From positions 68,572,001 through 68,636,000 of the forward strand of contig NC_087246.1 of the NCBI RefSeq assembly GCF_037042905.1: a stretch of 64,000 nucleotides of DNA. Reading direction: 5' to 3'. Source of the DNA: Lytechinus pictus (taxonomy: Eukaryota). Of the stretch, positions 37,243 through 48,960 are shown piece by piece. The translations under genes and the position numbers were made by a program. How positions within the stretch are numbered: position 1 is the stretch's first letter; each line of letters starts with the position of its first letter. The notes below the pieces were generated by a model. The model ran no database searches and was not told where the DNA came from. It saw nothing but the letters and a program-made list of their open reading frames with translations.

Positions 37243-39000
37243 GCAAAAAGGACATAGACGCTATGAAATCTGATGAAGCCACAGGCATCGATGGAATATA
37301 TCACAGGCTTCTAAAAACTGCATGTCCTATCATTTTGACATCTCTGGCATATAATAATAAATGTCTCATTAGCTACAGACATGTTTCCTGATAAATGTAA
37401 AATAGCAAAAGTTTATCCAGTTTATAAGAGTGGTGATCAAGAAGACATCGGAAACTACAGACCTATATCCGTGACGGTCCTTCCTGTTGTATCCAAAATA
37501 TTAGAAAGAGCAGTTTATAATCAACTCTACAAATTTCTTTAAAGAAATCAAATATTATTAGGAGAGCAATCTGGTTTTAGACAGCATCACTAAACCCAAA
37601 CTGCACTGATACATGTTACTGATTACATTCTAGAGGCATGAACGACGGTTTCGCCACGGGAGCAATTTTCGTTTCAGAAGAAGGCATTTGACACATTTGA
37701 CCATCATAGTATTAGAAAAATAATATCATGCTGGTGTCAAAGGTCGTGAGATACAGTGGTTCAGATCGTATTTAGATGAGAGAGCACAAGTAACTAAAAT
37801 AGATGATCGTATGTCTTCATTTGCCCCGGTAACCATTGGAGTGACCCAAGGCGCAATATAAGGGCCATTGATGTTTGTAATTTACATCAATAGTCTTCTA
37901 CTGGCTTTTAATAGTCTCGAATGCAAAGTACATTATGTATACAGGTGATACCGTCTTGCTTTTTAGAGCAAAAATGTTGATGAATTAGAAAATGATATGT
38001 AGGTTGGTCTGCATGTAGAAGAAAATAGATTACCAATAATGAGCTGACACTAAACAAAATTTATGTTACTCGGCACTCGACTAAAGCTTAAATAATTTTC
38101 TCATCTGGAATTAATGCTCTCCAATCAGCACATCGAGAGAGGGGAGAAATTTAACTATCTTGATGTCATTCTTGATGAACAATATTAGTATGGAAAAAGC
38201 ACATAGATTATATAAGCCAGTAAATCATCTCAAATATAGTTTTTAAGACGATCTGCAAAACCGGTTTTACCAAATAAAATTTCGAAGATGTTATGTTGTT
38301 CCTTAATCATACCATTTGTAAATTATTGCGATATTGCATGGTCAAATGCCTCATCGACAAATTTTGATAAATGAATAGCTCTCTCAGTAATACCATAAAG
38401 TTGAATATTGTGTGGCCAGTCGGACATTTCAATTCATGGGATGTGCTGGATGGAACAACCTCAGTGTAAATCAAAGAAACTGTCGGTCGTTAAATGCTTT
38501 TAAATCAGGATTTGATAAACAAAATTAAAGGAAATTATGATTTTTCGTATATAGTATGAAAAAATCAAAATATATATGAAGGAAAATGGTCATTTTAATG
38601 TCTGGTCTAACAAAAATGTGTGATAGTTTGATATTAATTTTATTTTCATTTTTGGATTAGGACGAACTTCATATGATTTTTTTCAAAATCGTTTTGGGGT
38701 TTGTATTGGGGGTTTCATTTCTTTTGAAACCAATTGATTCTTTCTTTAGATTTTAATTGATATTTTTTGTTTGTTACTTTTTTCAATTCTGTTGAGTTCC
38801 ATATTTATATAGCTATGTATCTGTGAGTATATAATTTTGTTATTGATTATGTAAATATTACTATTAACATTATATTAATTGTAACAATTGTTATGTGGAC
38901 AGGGATGTTGTGGAAAAGTAGTTCTGAAACTGACAATGCTACCCTGTATAAATAAAGCTACAAATAAATAAATAATATATAAATAAATAAATATATAAAA
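37211..39000 (+). mobile_element. 5'-truncated, decayed CR1/L2-clade LINE (reverse transcriptase pseudogene, 3' UTR, (AAAT)n tail)
   Basis: Translates to KSDEATGIDGI, MFPDKCKIAKVYPVYKSGDQEDIGNYRPIS, SKILERAV, EQSGFRQHH*TQTALI, KAFDTFDH, WFRSYLDERAQ, GVTQGAI*GPLMFVIYIN, YTGDT (decayed YADDT) and LIIPFVNYCDIAWS. 3' stem-loop cagggatg...gctaccctg followed by (aaat)n. Confidence 0.92.
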
Positions 39001-40009
39001 TTGCAAATGTGATTCACCTTATTGACACGATATATCAAATAAACGCCATAAAATGAATTTAAGTTTCATTTAATGTCCTATTTATCATTCATTCCAATAT
39101 TTTATCTTCAGACATGATATTCCAATAACAACCGATTTTTTTTTAATTTCATATATATATATCAAAATAATGATTTTAACATTCTTGTACTTAATCCGAG
39201 CCCATAAACTCAATGCTCACATGGAGAAGAAAATGGTGATGAGAAAAAAGAACACTCCGAAGCATGATTATTACGGCCTGACTTCACATTTCTTATCTGA
39301 TTACATTTACTGAGTTTAAGAAGTACACATCTAATTTAGATTAGATGCAGCGGTAGTTTAAATGGTGTGATCCTGTTTCATGGTTAACTGTTCTTGACGT
39401 GTATGTGTAAACATGGAATAGTTGAGAACGTGGGCTCTTTGAAAAATCATGACCCAGTAACTTTATTGTGCAGAATTAACGTGCGAAAGATGATAGGTCA
39501 CCAGGCATGTTTACATTGTTGCATCCCCCCCCCATTGTTAAAGGAAATTACCATTCAAAACTGTTACGGACTGAAACACATATTCTTTGGCTCGCTCGCT
39601 TTGCTCGATTAGTGCCGTATACCATAAATTTAACCCCATTAACGAGATGTGGCTCATTACGCGGTTGTGTTTCCCATGCTTTACGCTTAAAGTATTAGCT
39701 CTCGGGCCTGCAGAAAGGGAAGAAGAAAAAGAGTACTAAGAAAATGAAAGGGAATTACAAAGAACCCAATTTATGTGCAATTATTGCTCAAATTTTAATT
39801 TTGATTGTCTAAGGATTGTTAATCAGAAAATAGGTATCAATGCAGAGGTTTATTTTACTCCATCCCCCCTTCTAACGAAAGATCCCCCTCTCTCTCCATC
39901 ATTTCTCCTTGTACAACCCTTCTCTTCAGATCTAGATATGTATCGCGACAGGAATATTCTCTTTCCACTTCACTGCGTGACTGATGTCTTTCCCAAATGC
40001 TGCGAGCTA

Positions 40010-40262
40010 TCGAGGGAGGAAAAGAGAGTGAGAAGGAGGGGGAAAGAGATATGAGTGGAAGAGAGAGAGAGAGTGAGAGATTAAGACAGAGTGAGAAAGA
40101 GAAGCAGATGAAGAGATGGAGTGGGGGAGACCTGAGATAAATACGGGATGGAGATAAAGAGAAAGAGACAAGTGGGGGTCAGAAAAGGATAAAAGAAGAG
40201 AGCGAGAGGAGGGAGAAGGGTGATGAAAAGGGAAGAGAGAAAGGAGGGAATGAGGCAAAAAA
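40010..40262. repeat. GA-rich low-complexity tract (similar purine/pyrimidine tracts at 32775-32860, 43300-43535, 57015-57200, 61380-61520)
   Basis: Purine-only runs of GA/GAAA; the 61380 tract is CT-rich on the + strand. Confidence 0.85.
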
Positions 40263-42006
40263 TACAAGATAAATCAAACGTCCATACAATTTGCACCCCA
40301 ATTTCTTTTCAGTCGCGCCTCAGTTCACAATATCTCCCCATGATGCTGACACATCTATTCAGATAGGAAGTGTCACATGACCATTGCGATGGATTGTAGT
40401 ATAAAAGCTTTTGAATATATCTCTTGAAGAAAATAGATTGAATAAAAAAAAAATCACTATGTGACAATTTCAAACCACTATCAGGTGATACGTCGCCAAA
40501 TGTTTCACTGGCCTTCCTCAAATGGTCTGTTTTCGTCCCATAATTCATTTATTTATTCATTAACTTATTCATTCATTCAGACTTATTGCAAATAAGTAAA
40601 TTTTGAGACCAACAGATTTAAGTACTATTTCAGAAAATGGTTGTGCCAAATATGAGGATTGTGCATAAGCAATCTTGTTTTGATGTGAAGTTATTATTGG
40701 ATAACTCATCGTATAATTGATATTATTTTGTTGTATTGAATGAATTTATTACCAAATTGCACTGTCGTGTACATTTTCTTGAAACAGTTCAATATATAAC
40801 AAAAAATGGTGATTGGAGCTAACATAGTAGCAAAATGATAATCAAAGAATCAACATTATACTGATTGTGAATATTGATTCTTCTCACATTCCTATTACAT
40901 GATGGTGCGAATAATATAATTCATAATTATAATGAAATGATACTATTAAATTAATATGAAGGCCATTTAAAAAGAACCATCCATGTCGACTCGTTTTAAG
41001 CTTTAAATAATGAGCCTGTATACAAATAAGTCACCATAATATAAATCCCAGACAGGATGGATCAACCACTCTGGCAAGAAGTCAATGTACTATTGCCCTA
41101 TCGAGCGGGTGATATTGATTCGCAATGGGTAATAGCTTGAAATATATGAAACTGACCATCAAACGTTAGACTATACCATTACAACTTTTACAGACAGCTT
41201 TAATATAAGGTCAACACAACTATAAAAGTATCCATTATGCCCCATTCTCGCAGGTCGATCCAGTGGTTTATACATATATGGGGACGGAGGTTGAACAAAT
41301 AAAAAAAATACCTCTTGGGCAGCAACATCAGCTTAAATTTCGTAATTGCTATTTTAGGGTCTGGAAGATGAAGAAATAGAGGCAATGGGCATATAATTTT
41401 TCTATTTATTATTTACATTTTATTTTTATTATTTGTTTGTTTACATTTCTCGATAGGGGATCTTTTTCTTCATAATGGTATAATTTTGAACGAGATGCGC
41501 CCCTTAATATCCACAAATATCCAATACTTGCTTCGGTAATGTATTACTGCTATTCGAAAGCAGTTTCGAATACAGTAGTTTCGTGCCATGAATATCACAA
41601 TAGATTCCATCAACCCTGGGAAAATGGAATGAGAACATTGGCAATATCGCGAACCAGCGGTAGAATTCAGGACAATAAACTATACAAATTGATAAAAGTT
41701 TTGCTTTTTTTTAAATAGGTTATTTTGATAATAGACGCTCGGTATAAAAGCAATTCCGGACTTGGCGAGAAGGATAAATGATTATTAGACTAAATGTGAG
41801 TGCTTATGTGCTTTGGTCTGTCGTCATTACTTTCAGAGCAATGGATAATTTCAATCAAGCAGACTTAATTTGGAAATGGTCATTATCTATTGAGAAACGA
41901 AATGCTTACTTTGTATTGCCTACTTAATACATTTAGAATTGACAAAAATAAATGAAAATGATAAAATTCAAATATATTAACTTTCAGATTACCTATTTTC
42001 TCTCCC

Positions 42007-42140
42007 NNNNNNNNNNNNNNNNNNNNNNNNNNNNNNNNNNNNNNNNNNNNNNNNNNNNNNNNNNNNNNNNNNNNNNNNNNNNNNNNNNNNNNNNNNNNNN
42101 NNNNNNNNNNNNNNNNNNNNNNNNNNNNNNNNNNNNNNNN
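42007..42140. other. Assembly gap (134 N)
   Basis: Run of n flanked by CT-rich sequence. Confidence 1.
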
Positions 42141-43896
42141 TTCTATATATTTACCTCTCTTTCTCTATTCCCCCTGGTTTTAACTCCTCATCATGAAGCA
42201 AGCTCACGATTTAAGTGAGATGTTGCTTTGTTATCTGGGAGAAAATGAAGTGGTAAAAAGGGAGAATACATGATTGAGTGAGGTATATGAACAGAACAAA
42301 GAATAAGGATAATTTTTAGGAAATAGAACAGAAAAACAAAAAAACACAAGGATAAGGTGGAGTCGAGAGCCCTAGAGAGAAAGAATGAGAAGGAGTTTGG
42401 AAAAATTGCTATTGGATTGGGGTAGAAGACAAATTAAGCGAGATTGAACCACGTGGGCGAGGGAGGTAGGAGGAAAGAGATGGGACTACTGAGAAGGGGG
42501 AGGTATATGTGACATTACTCGTCTAGACAACTGTATTCCTTTGTTTGTTTACGTCAGAGGGAAAGCTCTTGGAAGGTTTGCAAAGAACAGATGAATGCAC
42601 ACAGCTTACGATCGGCAAAGAGAATGTCAACAACGCCTTCTTCATCGTTTTCGTTCCCGCCAGGCCACATCGATGCTTCACGTTCCAGGCTGGGATGTAG
42701 TTGCATATAGTCTGTTTCATAGGGTGCAAAGATCGATGGTATCTGAACGGGAAGAGAAGAAATCAAGAGAAAGATATGTAGAAGAAAAGAGATTGATGAA
42801 GACATGTGATAATACACACAGAGTTGGAGAAGAAGAACGACAAATTATAGGGGGAAAAGGCGGGAGAGAGAGATCGTTTCAGTTTCAAGCGGAGGGGCAG
42901 TTGCCCCCTCTCCTCCCCGAAATTTGGAAAAAAAATACAATTTTTTACTGAAAATGTTCACAAAATTCACCAAAAGTATGCATGAAATACATCAATTACA
43001 TTTTAAAAAATGCAAAAGCGCCCCACTGACAAGCTCGGTCGTTTCACTCAATCGTTTTTCTTTTCGAAAAAAAAAGTTTAGGCGTCTCCCCCCCCCCCCC
43101 GGCAAAAAAAATATGTGTACGGCAATGATATTTACAAATAAAGAACCAATGTTTTAAAGGGGAAAGAGACTTGAGAGATGGAAGAGTGTAATAGTAAGTG
43201 ATACATTGAGAGAGTTATACAGAAGGAGGGGTAGAAATTAGGTGTTGGGAAGCATGAAGATATGTGAAAAAAAAGCGAGTTAATTTTTCAGAACAAAGAT
43301 GGAAAGACCAAGAAAAGAAAACAAAGAAAAATTATATGCAAAAAAAGAAAAAGAATAAAGAAAGCAATACAGAAAGAAAGAAAGTGAGAGAGAGAAAGAA
43401 AGAAAGAAAAAAAGAAAGAAAGAAAGAAAGGTAGGAAGGAATGAAAAAATAAAGAAAGAAGAAATAGAGAGAGGAAGAAAGAAAGAAAGAAAAAAAACGA
43501 AAGAAAGAAATGGGGGAGGGAGGAAGAGACATCAATAAAATGAATAAGTAAACGTACGATTTCTTTGTGAACAGAGCGCTTGGACAGAAAAAAAAAATAA
43601 AAACGATTCTGACCTATATATAATCATGTATATATTCAGCAATACACCGGAGAAGATTATGACTGCATCAAATGAGTAATCTGAGACTGCACTGCATGGA
43701 AATAAATCAGTGGGACTACATTAAGGCGATCCGATGAATAATATTAGTATCGAATTTTCTTGATTATTAAACACTAGATTCGCTCGTCGTTTTTTTTTTT
43801 GGTTAATTAGGGGAATGAATTATTAATCAGATGCCCTACACTCAGTGGTACTTATTTTCCATCTGCATGTGAATTGAGTTAGGTGCTCACGGAAAC

Positions 43897-43915
43897 CATG
43901 GACAATAGGTCCATG
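43897..43915. mobile_element. Miniature palindromic TIR relic C with perfect 7-bp TSD
   Basis: cggaaac|catggacaataggtccatg|cggaaac. Confidence 0.7.
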
Positions 43916-44305
43916 CGGAAACTAAGCTCGATAGACAAGATGGGAAATGAAAACTGATTTTTGCTTATCTAAAAAAAAAGCTTCACACATAAAAAGATTA
44001 ACGAACGATTTATATTCATAGTTTCACATGCATTGATTTATACTAATAAATAATTCTGCAACAGATGAAGGACGAGGAGACTATAAAATGCCATTTTATT
44101 TCTCATGCCTCTGTATACACTTTTTTAATAGCTATTGCAAAATCTCACCGCCAATGGGAAGGATTGATGAAAGCATCTAAACCGTATATAAAACCGTATA
44201 AGTATAGCTTATATAGACATGATATATTTAGGAGTATTTATAATCATAGGTAAACTGTAATCAACCCTCTTCTTTTAGTGACTTCAGAAGGTTTTTTTCT
44301 ATTGA

Positions 44306-44889
44306 AGGGATGGTCCGGGCTGAAAGAATTTATAACATAATAAATAGAGTAGAATTCGCCGAGCAAAATGCCGAAAATTTCATCAAAATCAGATAACAAA
44401 TAACAAAGTTATTGAATTTTAAAGTTTAGCAATATTTTGTGAAAACAGTCGTCATGAATATTCATTAGGTGGGCTGATGATGTCACATCCCCACTTGTTC
44501 TTTTGTATTTTATTATATATGAAATTAGGTTTATTAAAAAAATTTCCCCCAAGAACTAGAATAATTGGATTGACAACTGATTTAGTGCATTAGATATATA
44601 TTGCTGCAACTTATTTCATTATAAGAAAGACATATTATTCACACAAGTATGAAATAATGAAAAAATTATGATTTTATGTAATAACATAAGAAAACGGAAA
44701 GTGGGGATGTGACATCATCAGCTCGCTTAATGAATATTCATGACGACTGTTTTCACAAAATACTGCTAAACTTTAAATTTTAATAACTTAATTATTTGTT
44801 ATCCGATTTTGATGAAATTTTCGGCATTTTGCTCAGTGAATTCTACTCTATGTATTAAGATATAAATATTTTCAGCCCGGACCATCCCT
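44306..44889. mobile_element. Kolobok-like fold-back element, family AGGGATGGTCCGGGCTGAA, copy 2
   Basis: ttga|agggatggtccgggctgaaa ... tttcagcccggaccatccct|TTAA; well-preserved inverted arms of ~190 bp. Confidence 0.9.
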
Positions 44890-45688
44890 TTAATGACTCT
44901 TATATTTTTTTCAGTGCCAAATACGCATTATATCTACTCCTTTTGCATGCATGGAGATTGTGAAGAAAGGGAGTTGCTTTTTACCAAGTCAAAAGTCAAG
45001 GTCTTGCCGTATCTCCCGCACTATTTTTCGCGTCTAGTCCGATGCTGGAAGCGATATATCGTTCGCTGTCTTGGCGTCGTGTCGTCTGCTTTACGTGAAA
45101 CTCGTGTTTTACATTTAGCCTTCTTTCCTTTCACTGAGCCAATCGTTTATGCTTGAATATGCATGCATATGAGCCAGGGTACTCTTGTATTTTCACAGCA
45201 TCATGTGACGAATCAATTAGCATATCATGCACACACAGATATCAAGGCTTCACAGGCATCCATGAAACATGATTTCCAGGAACTGTCACATACACAACCC
45301 AGAATAGATGTATTCTCTTCAATCTACTGATTGATTTTAAATCGAAATTATTCATTCCATCTTCATAGCCTTTGTTATAATTTGTAAGTATGTACAGATC
45401 GAGATTGTCTTTTTTGTAATGAATAATCTTAATGTCTACAAAGAATCTAGGACATTGCGAGAACCATAGTAAACAAAAATAAAAATACACATGATAAAAA
45501 CATGATATATTTTGAAAAGATGATAACAATTATAGGTCAACTGGACCATAGGTGCCATTAATTGTTCATTCTCGTGATAATCTGGTCTTGTTTGATATAG
45601 ATAAAGCCTTGACTATATTTGTTTATTATTAGTTGAGTTTTTCTAACTAAATTGTAGTTACCAACTCTGCTTCTTAACCCCCGCTCTA

Positions 45689-45893
45689 CACACATAAAAT
45701 GTTGGGCAACATACTGTCCACTGTGTTGGGTAATTATGTTGGTAAAAAAAATATTCTGGGCAATTATTGTCCAATTGAGCAAATTTATTACCTAATTATT
45801 AGTTTTTATTACCCAATTTGGGCAGATTTTAAACAATAGTTGTGTGGATAGAGTTGCCCAGAGTTGAGTTGGTTAAAATTTTGGCATTTTTTG
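45689..45893. mobile_element. CAC...GTG MITE family cacacttaaaatgttgggcaac, copy 2 (right end lost)
   Basis: Matches the 21374 and 62135 copies over ~200 bp. Confidence 0.85.
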
Positions 45894-47683
45894 CTCTGAA
45901 TTTATCTAGCATGAATCCCTCCTTCCATCTTGGTAGTTCTGTTGAGAATTCAAGAGAGATGAATTAATAATTGGCTTTATATTTTTTTACGCAGCATGAA
46001 TATCGACCACCGACTGCACGATGCAAAAATGGAGCTTAGATTATTCATTCCAGCTATAGCTTCCTCCGAATCACGTTAACATTAATGCTCATTTATAATT
46101 CATACCACCCTCCCTTCTCAGAATGACAATATTCACATAATAATGTATAATAATTATGCATGTTACATGTTTAGAGAGTCGGGCGTAGAAAATGGGTTAA
46201 TTATATAATATACATTCTTATTCTTTGTATATCTATAAATTTTGACTCCATTCATTTTGGTGTTTTGCTAGAATACTCATAAGGAAGCAATTTCTCATTT
46301 GCTCAATATAGTAAGAAGTTGTTCCTTGGAATTCAGACCAGAAGAATCAGAGAATAAAGATTTTTGTGATATATTAGGTTTTCTTTAAGAGAAACGAACC
46401 ACTGACAAAGCAAATAGGGCCTATCAAAAACGAAAAAAAAAAGAACTCTCATTCACGTCTATAATGGATAGTACTTCAATTTTTCACTTTGATTTTAGAA
46501 TATGGAGTCAATTTTCATTTCCTTATCTTTACACATGGTTTGCACTTTATAGTCATTCAAACGGTTTTCGTTGTATGCGATGATTACTAACACGAAGTAA
46601 ACCTAATCAAAGAAAACTAAGCGACGTCCTAGCATGCATATCAACAAAGTGCAAAATATTATACAGGATGCTCGGTTTATAGTTTCTTCAATGTCTCAAG
46701 AAAAATATATTGAATATGATCAAAAAGATAATGTGATATGCAGTTTCTAGCAGTAAGAATTACGACAGGGGAAACGATGGTGTGAGGAAGTGAAGAGGGA
46801 AAGAATAGTTTGGTCATAATTGAAAAAAAATTATTTGGTAGATTTTTAGGGGTAAAACTCTCAAATGTATAGTCTTACCCTATCGCCTTTTTACATTAAT
46901 AATGCATATTTGATAAAAAATATATGACGTTTTACGATTGTGAATGGTAGATCGCTACATGTCATTCTCAGCTTCATGTAACTATCAAATGTCAATGATT
47001 CAATATCAATAGGCCTATACCTACTTTGATCTAACATCCATCAGTATGTCATGTAACTCGACACACAGTCATCTCAAAAGATTTCAGAGAGCTTGAAAGA
47101 ATAGAAATGATGGCTTGTGGGGGCTACCATATCTCTGTAGTTGATGAATGCATGCGTGTCTGTGCATTAAGTAGTAAGGCATTATTCTAAACACGTTTCA
47201 TATGAGCGTCACATTATCACTGCACGAGGCAGCATCGGTATAAATCGTGATTCAATTTAAGAAAAGGTGGTTTAGCGTCGCACTCAGAATGCGGGCGAAC
47301 ATTCCAGTTTTATTTTGTATTTCAGTGAAAACATAATAATGCATGATGTTGCCATTAATATGCGCCATGATTTATCTTCGGACATTTCTCGTCATATCTT
47401 GTTTGTCACTCGTTAGATTCTCACATTTTCTGATTATCTTGTTCACTTCTCATAAACAGTATAAGGTTGCATTTTCGTTGTTTTCTTCTTTCTCCACTCT
47501 CCATTTTCTTAACTCTCTCTCTCTCCCTCCCCTTCCTTCTCTGTCACCCATATAGTATCTCTTTAGTTTATTTGGTTCTCAGTTAGTATGTTTTCTTTTA
47601 ATTCCAATATTAATCCTTTAGTCTTTTTGCTTTCATTTTCATATTTTTACCTCTTGCTTTCTTATTTCCCGGCAACCGATTCG

Positions 47684-47823
47684 GGGCGCCGTTGCATATA
47701 AGTTACTATTATGGTATAACTTTGCCATCCAATGGTAACTACCATTGTAACGCTGATCACCAACCAATCAAAATCAAGGATTCCAGACAAGTTACCATTG
47801 GTAACTTTTATGCAACGGGGTCC
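47684..47823. mobile_element. Harbinger-like MITE (ggg..ccgttgca termini)
   Basis: ccgttgcatataagttac ... gtaacttttatgcaacgg; TIR related to the outer element at 30015. Confidence 0.7.
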
Positions 47824-48792
47824 TGATCCACTGATGCAACAGACATCCAACGAAACCGATTCCAGGCCGATCAAAGCAATTTTATTTTAAAATGTCATAT
47901 CATTGATCGGTTTATAATCGGTTTCTTTAGTGGGCCTGTTCCCTTATGGAACAAACACATACTATCAAAGTATTGTCATCTCTAACCCCGTAATGAATAT
48001 AAATAATGGGATTCTTTTTTTAATTAATTGCAAGCTTTGGAAGAATTTATGAAGAGTGATGGATTTCCTTTTGTATAGCTACCCGATAACTTTTTGGCAG
48101 ACTTATTTGAATGACAAATACCACACTCGTTAATAGACCTACCATACAACGTTATACTGGGCTATCATATTTTGCATTAGTACTGACCCGAAGCAGTGAC
48201 AACACCCACGGGATTACGGAGAGAGGACTGGGACAATGTTCTGCTCTCGAATAAACAACGCTAATTGCTCTTGAGTTACACGATTTACAAGGGTTAACAC
48301 TTGTGTGGTTTTGTCCCTTCCAAGCCTTCTGACATTTTGATGATGGTGGTTTTACCCCTGTCAAACTCCTCTACCGCCCCCTGTCAGCATTAATCGAGCA
48401 TTCTCCTCATTCTCATTAAATACCTCTTCCCACCACAGGCTCGCCTGCATTTATTTCACTCATTATCTAACTAAGATCAGAACCAACTCTACGGATGCAC
48501 TGTATATTACATCCCTATACCTTCCCATTACCGATCTTATCCCCATGCAGCTCCAAATTGATAACATCAGATATCTATATCTGTTTCTATTATCAGTTAT
48601 GATATTATGAACTATGAATTAATATGCTGATTGACTTGTGTGTATTGTACTCATCTATTTTACATCCATTCACGTAAATGGATCATGTTTGTGATTTATA
48701 TTGATATGGGGGGTTTTCCACAAGAAAAACTAATAAATTTCACCTCTGTTTGCTGATTCACTTGTCATAGTTCCATGATTGATTATGCTAAG

Positions 48793-48960
48793 TTATTTAA
48801 AAAGTACGCGAACTTGTTTTTTTTTCATGCCTAATCTAGCCAGTGTCTGTTGCTACACAATTGTATCTAGATCGTTTAATCTTTCCACACCAAGTACTTG
48901 TAAAATACGAGCACTGTCTTTTTTTCTCAGTTTAATGAAAACTGGTTCATCATTTTCGAC
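48793..48960 (-). pseudogene. SAM-domain-like coding relic, antisense within intron 2
   Basis: Reading through one TAG gives VFIKLRKKDSARILQVLGVERLNDLDTIV*QQTLARLGMKKKQVRVLFK*, fitting the SAM pattern LGVxxxxDLxxxxxxxLxxLGMxxxxxRxL. Confidence 0.4.

Noticed and set aside
36809-37288. 159-aa ORF with an internal 59-aa repeat
   Set aside because: By-product of the 177-bp tandem duplication, read antisense to the LINE.
42558-42720. Good acceptor followed by open frames near the gap
   Set aside because: None of the three frames resembles an EF-hand or another known domain.
45538-45560. Possible fourth CATGGAC-type relic (ctggaccataggtgccat)
   Set aside because: Arms too degenerate and no clear 7-bp duplication.
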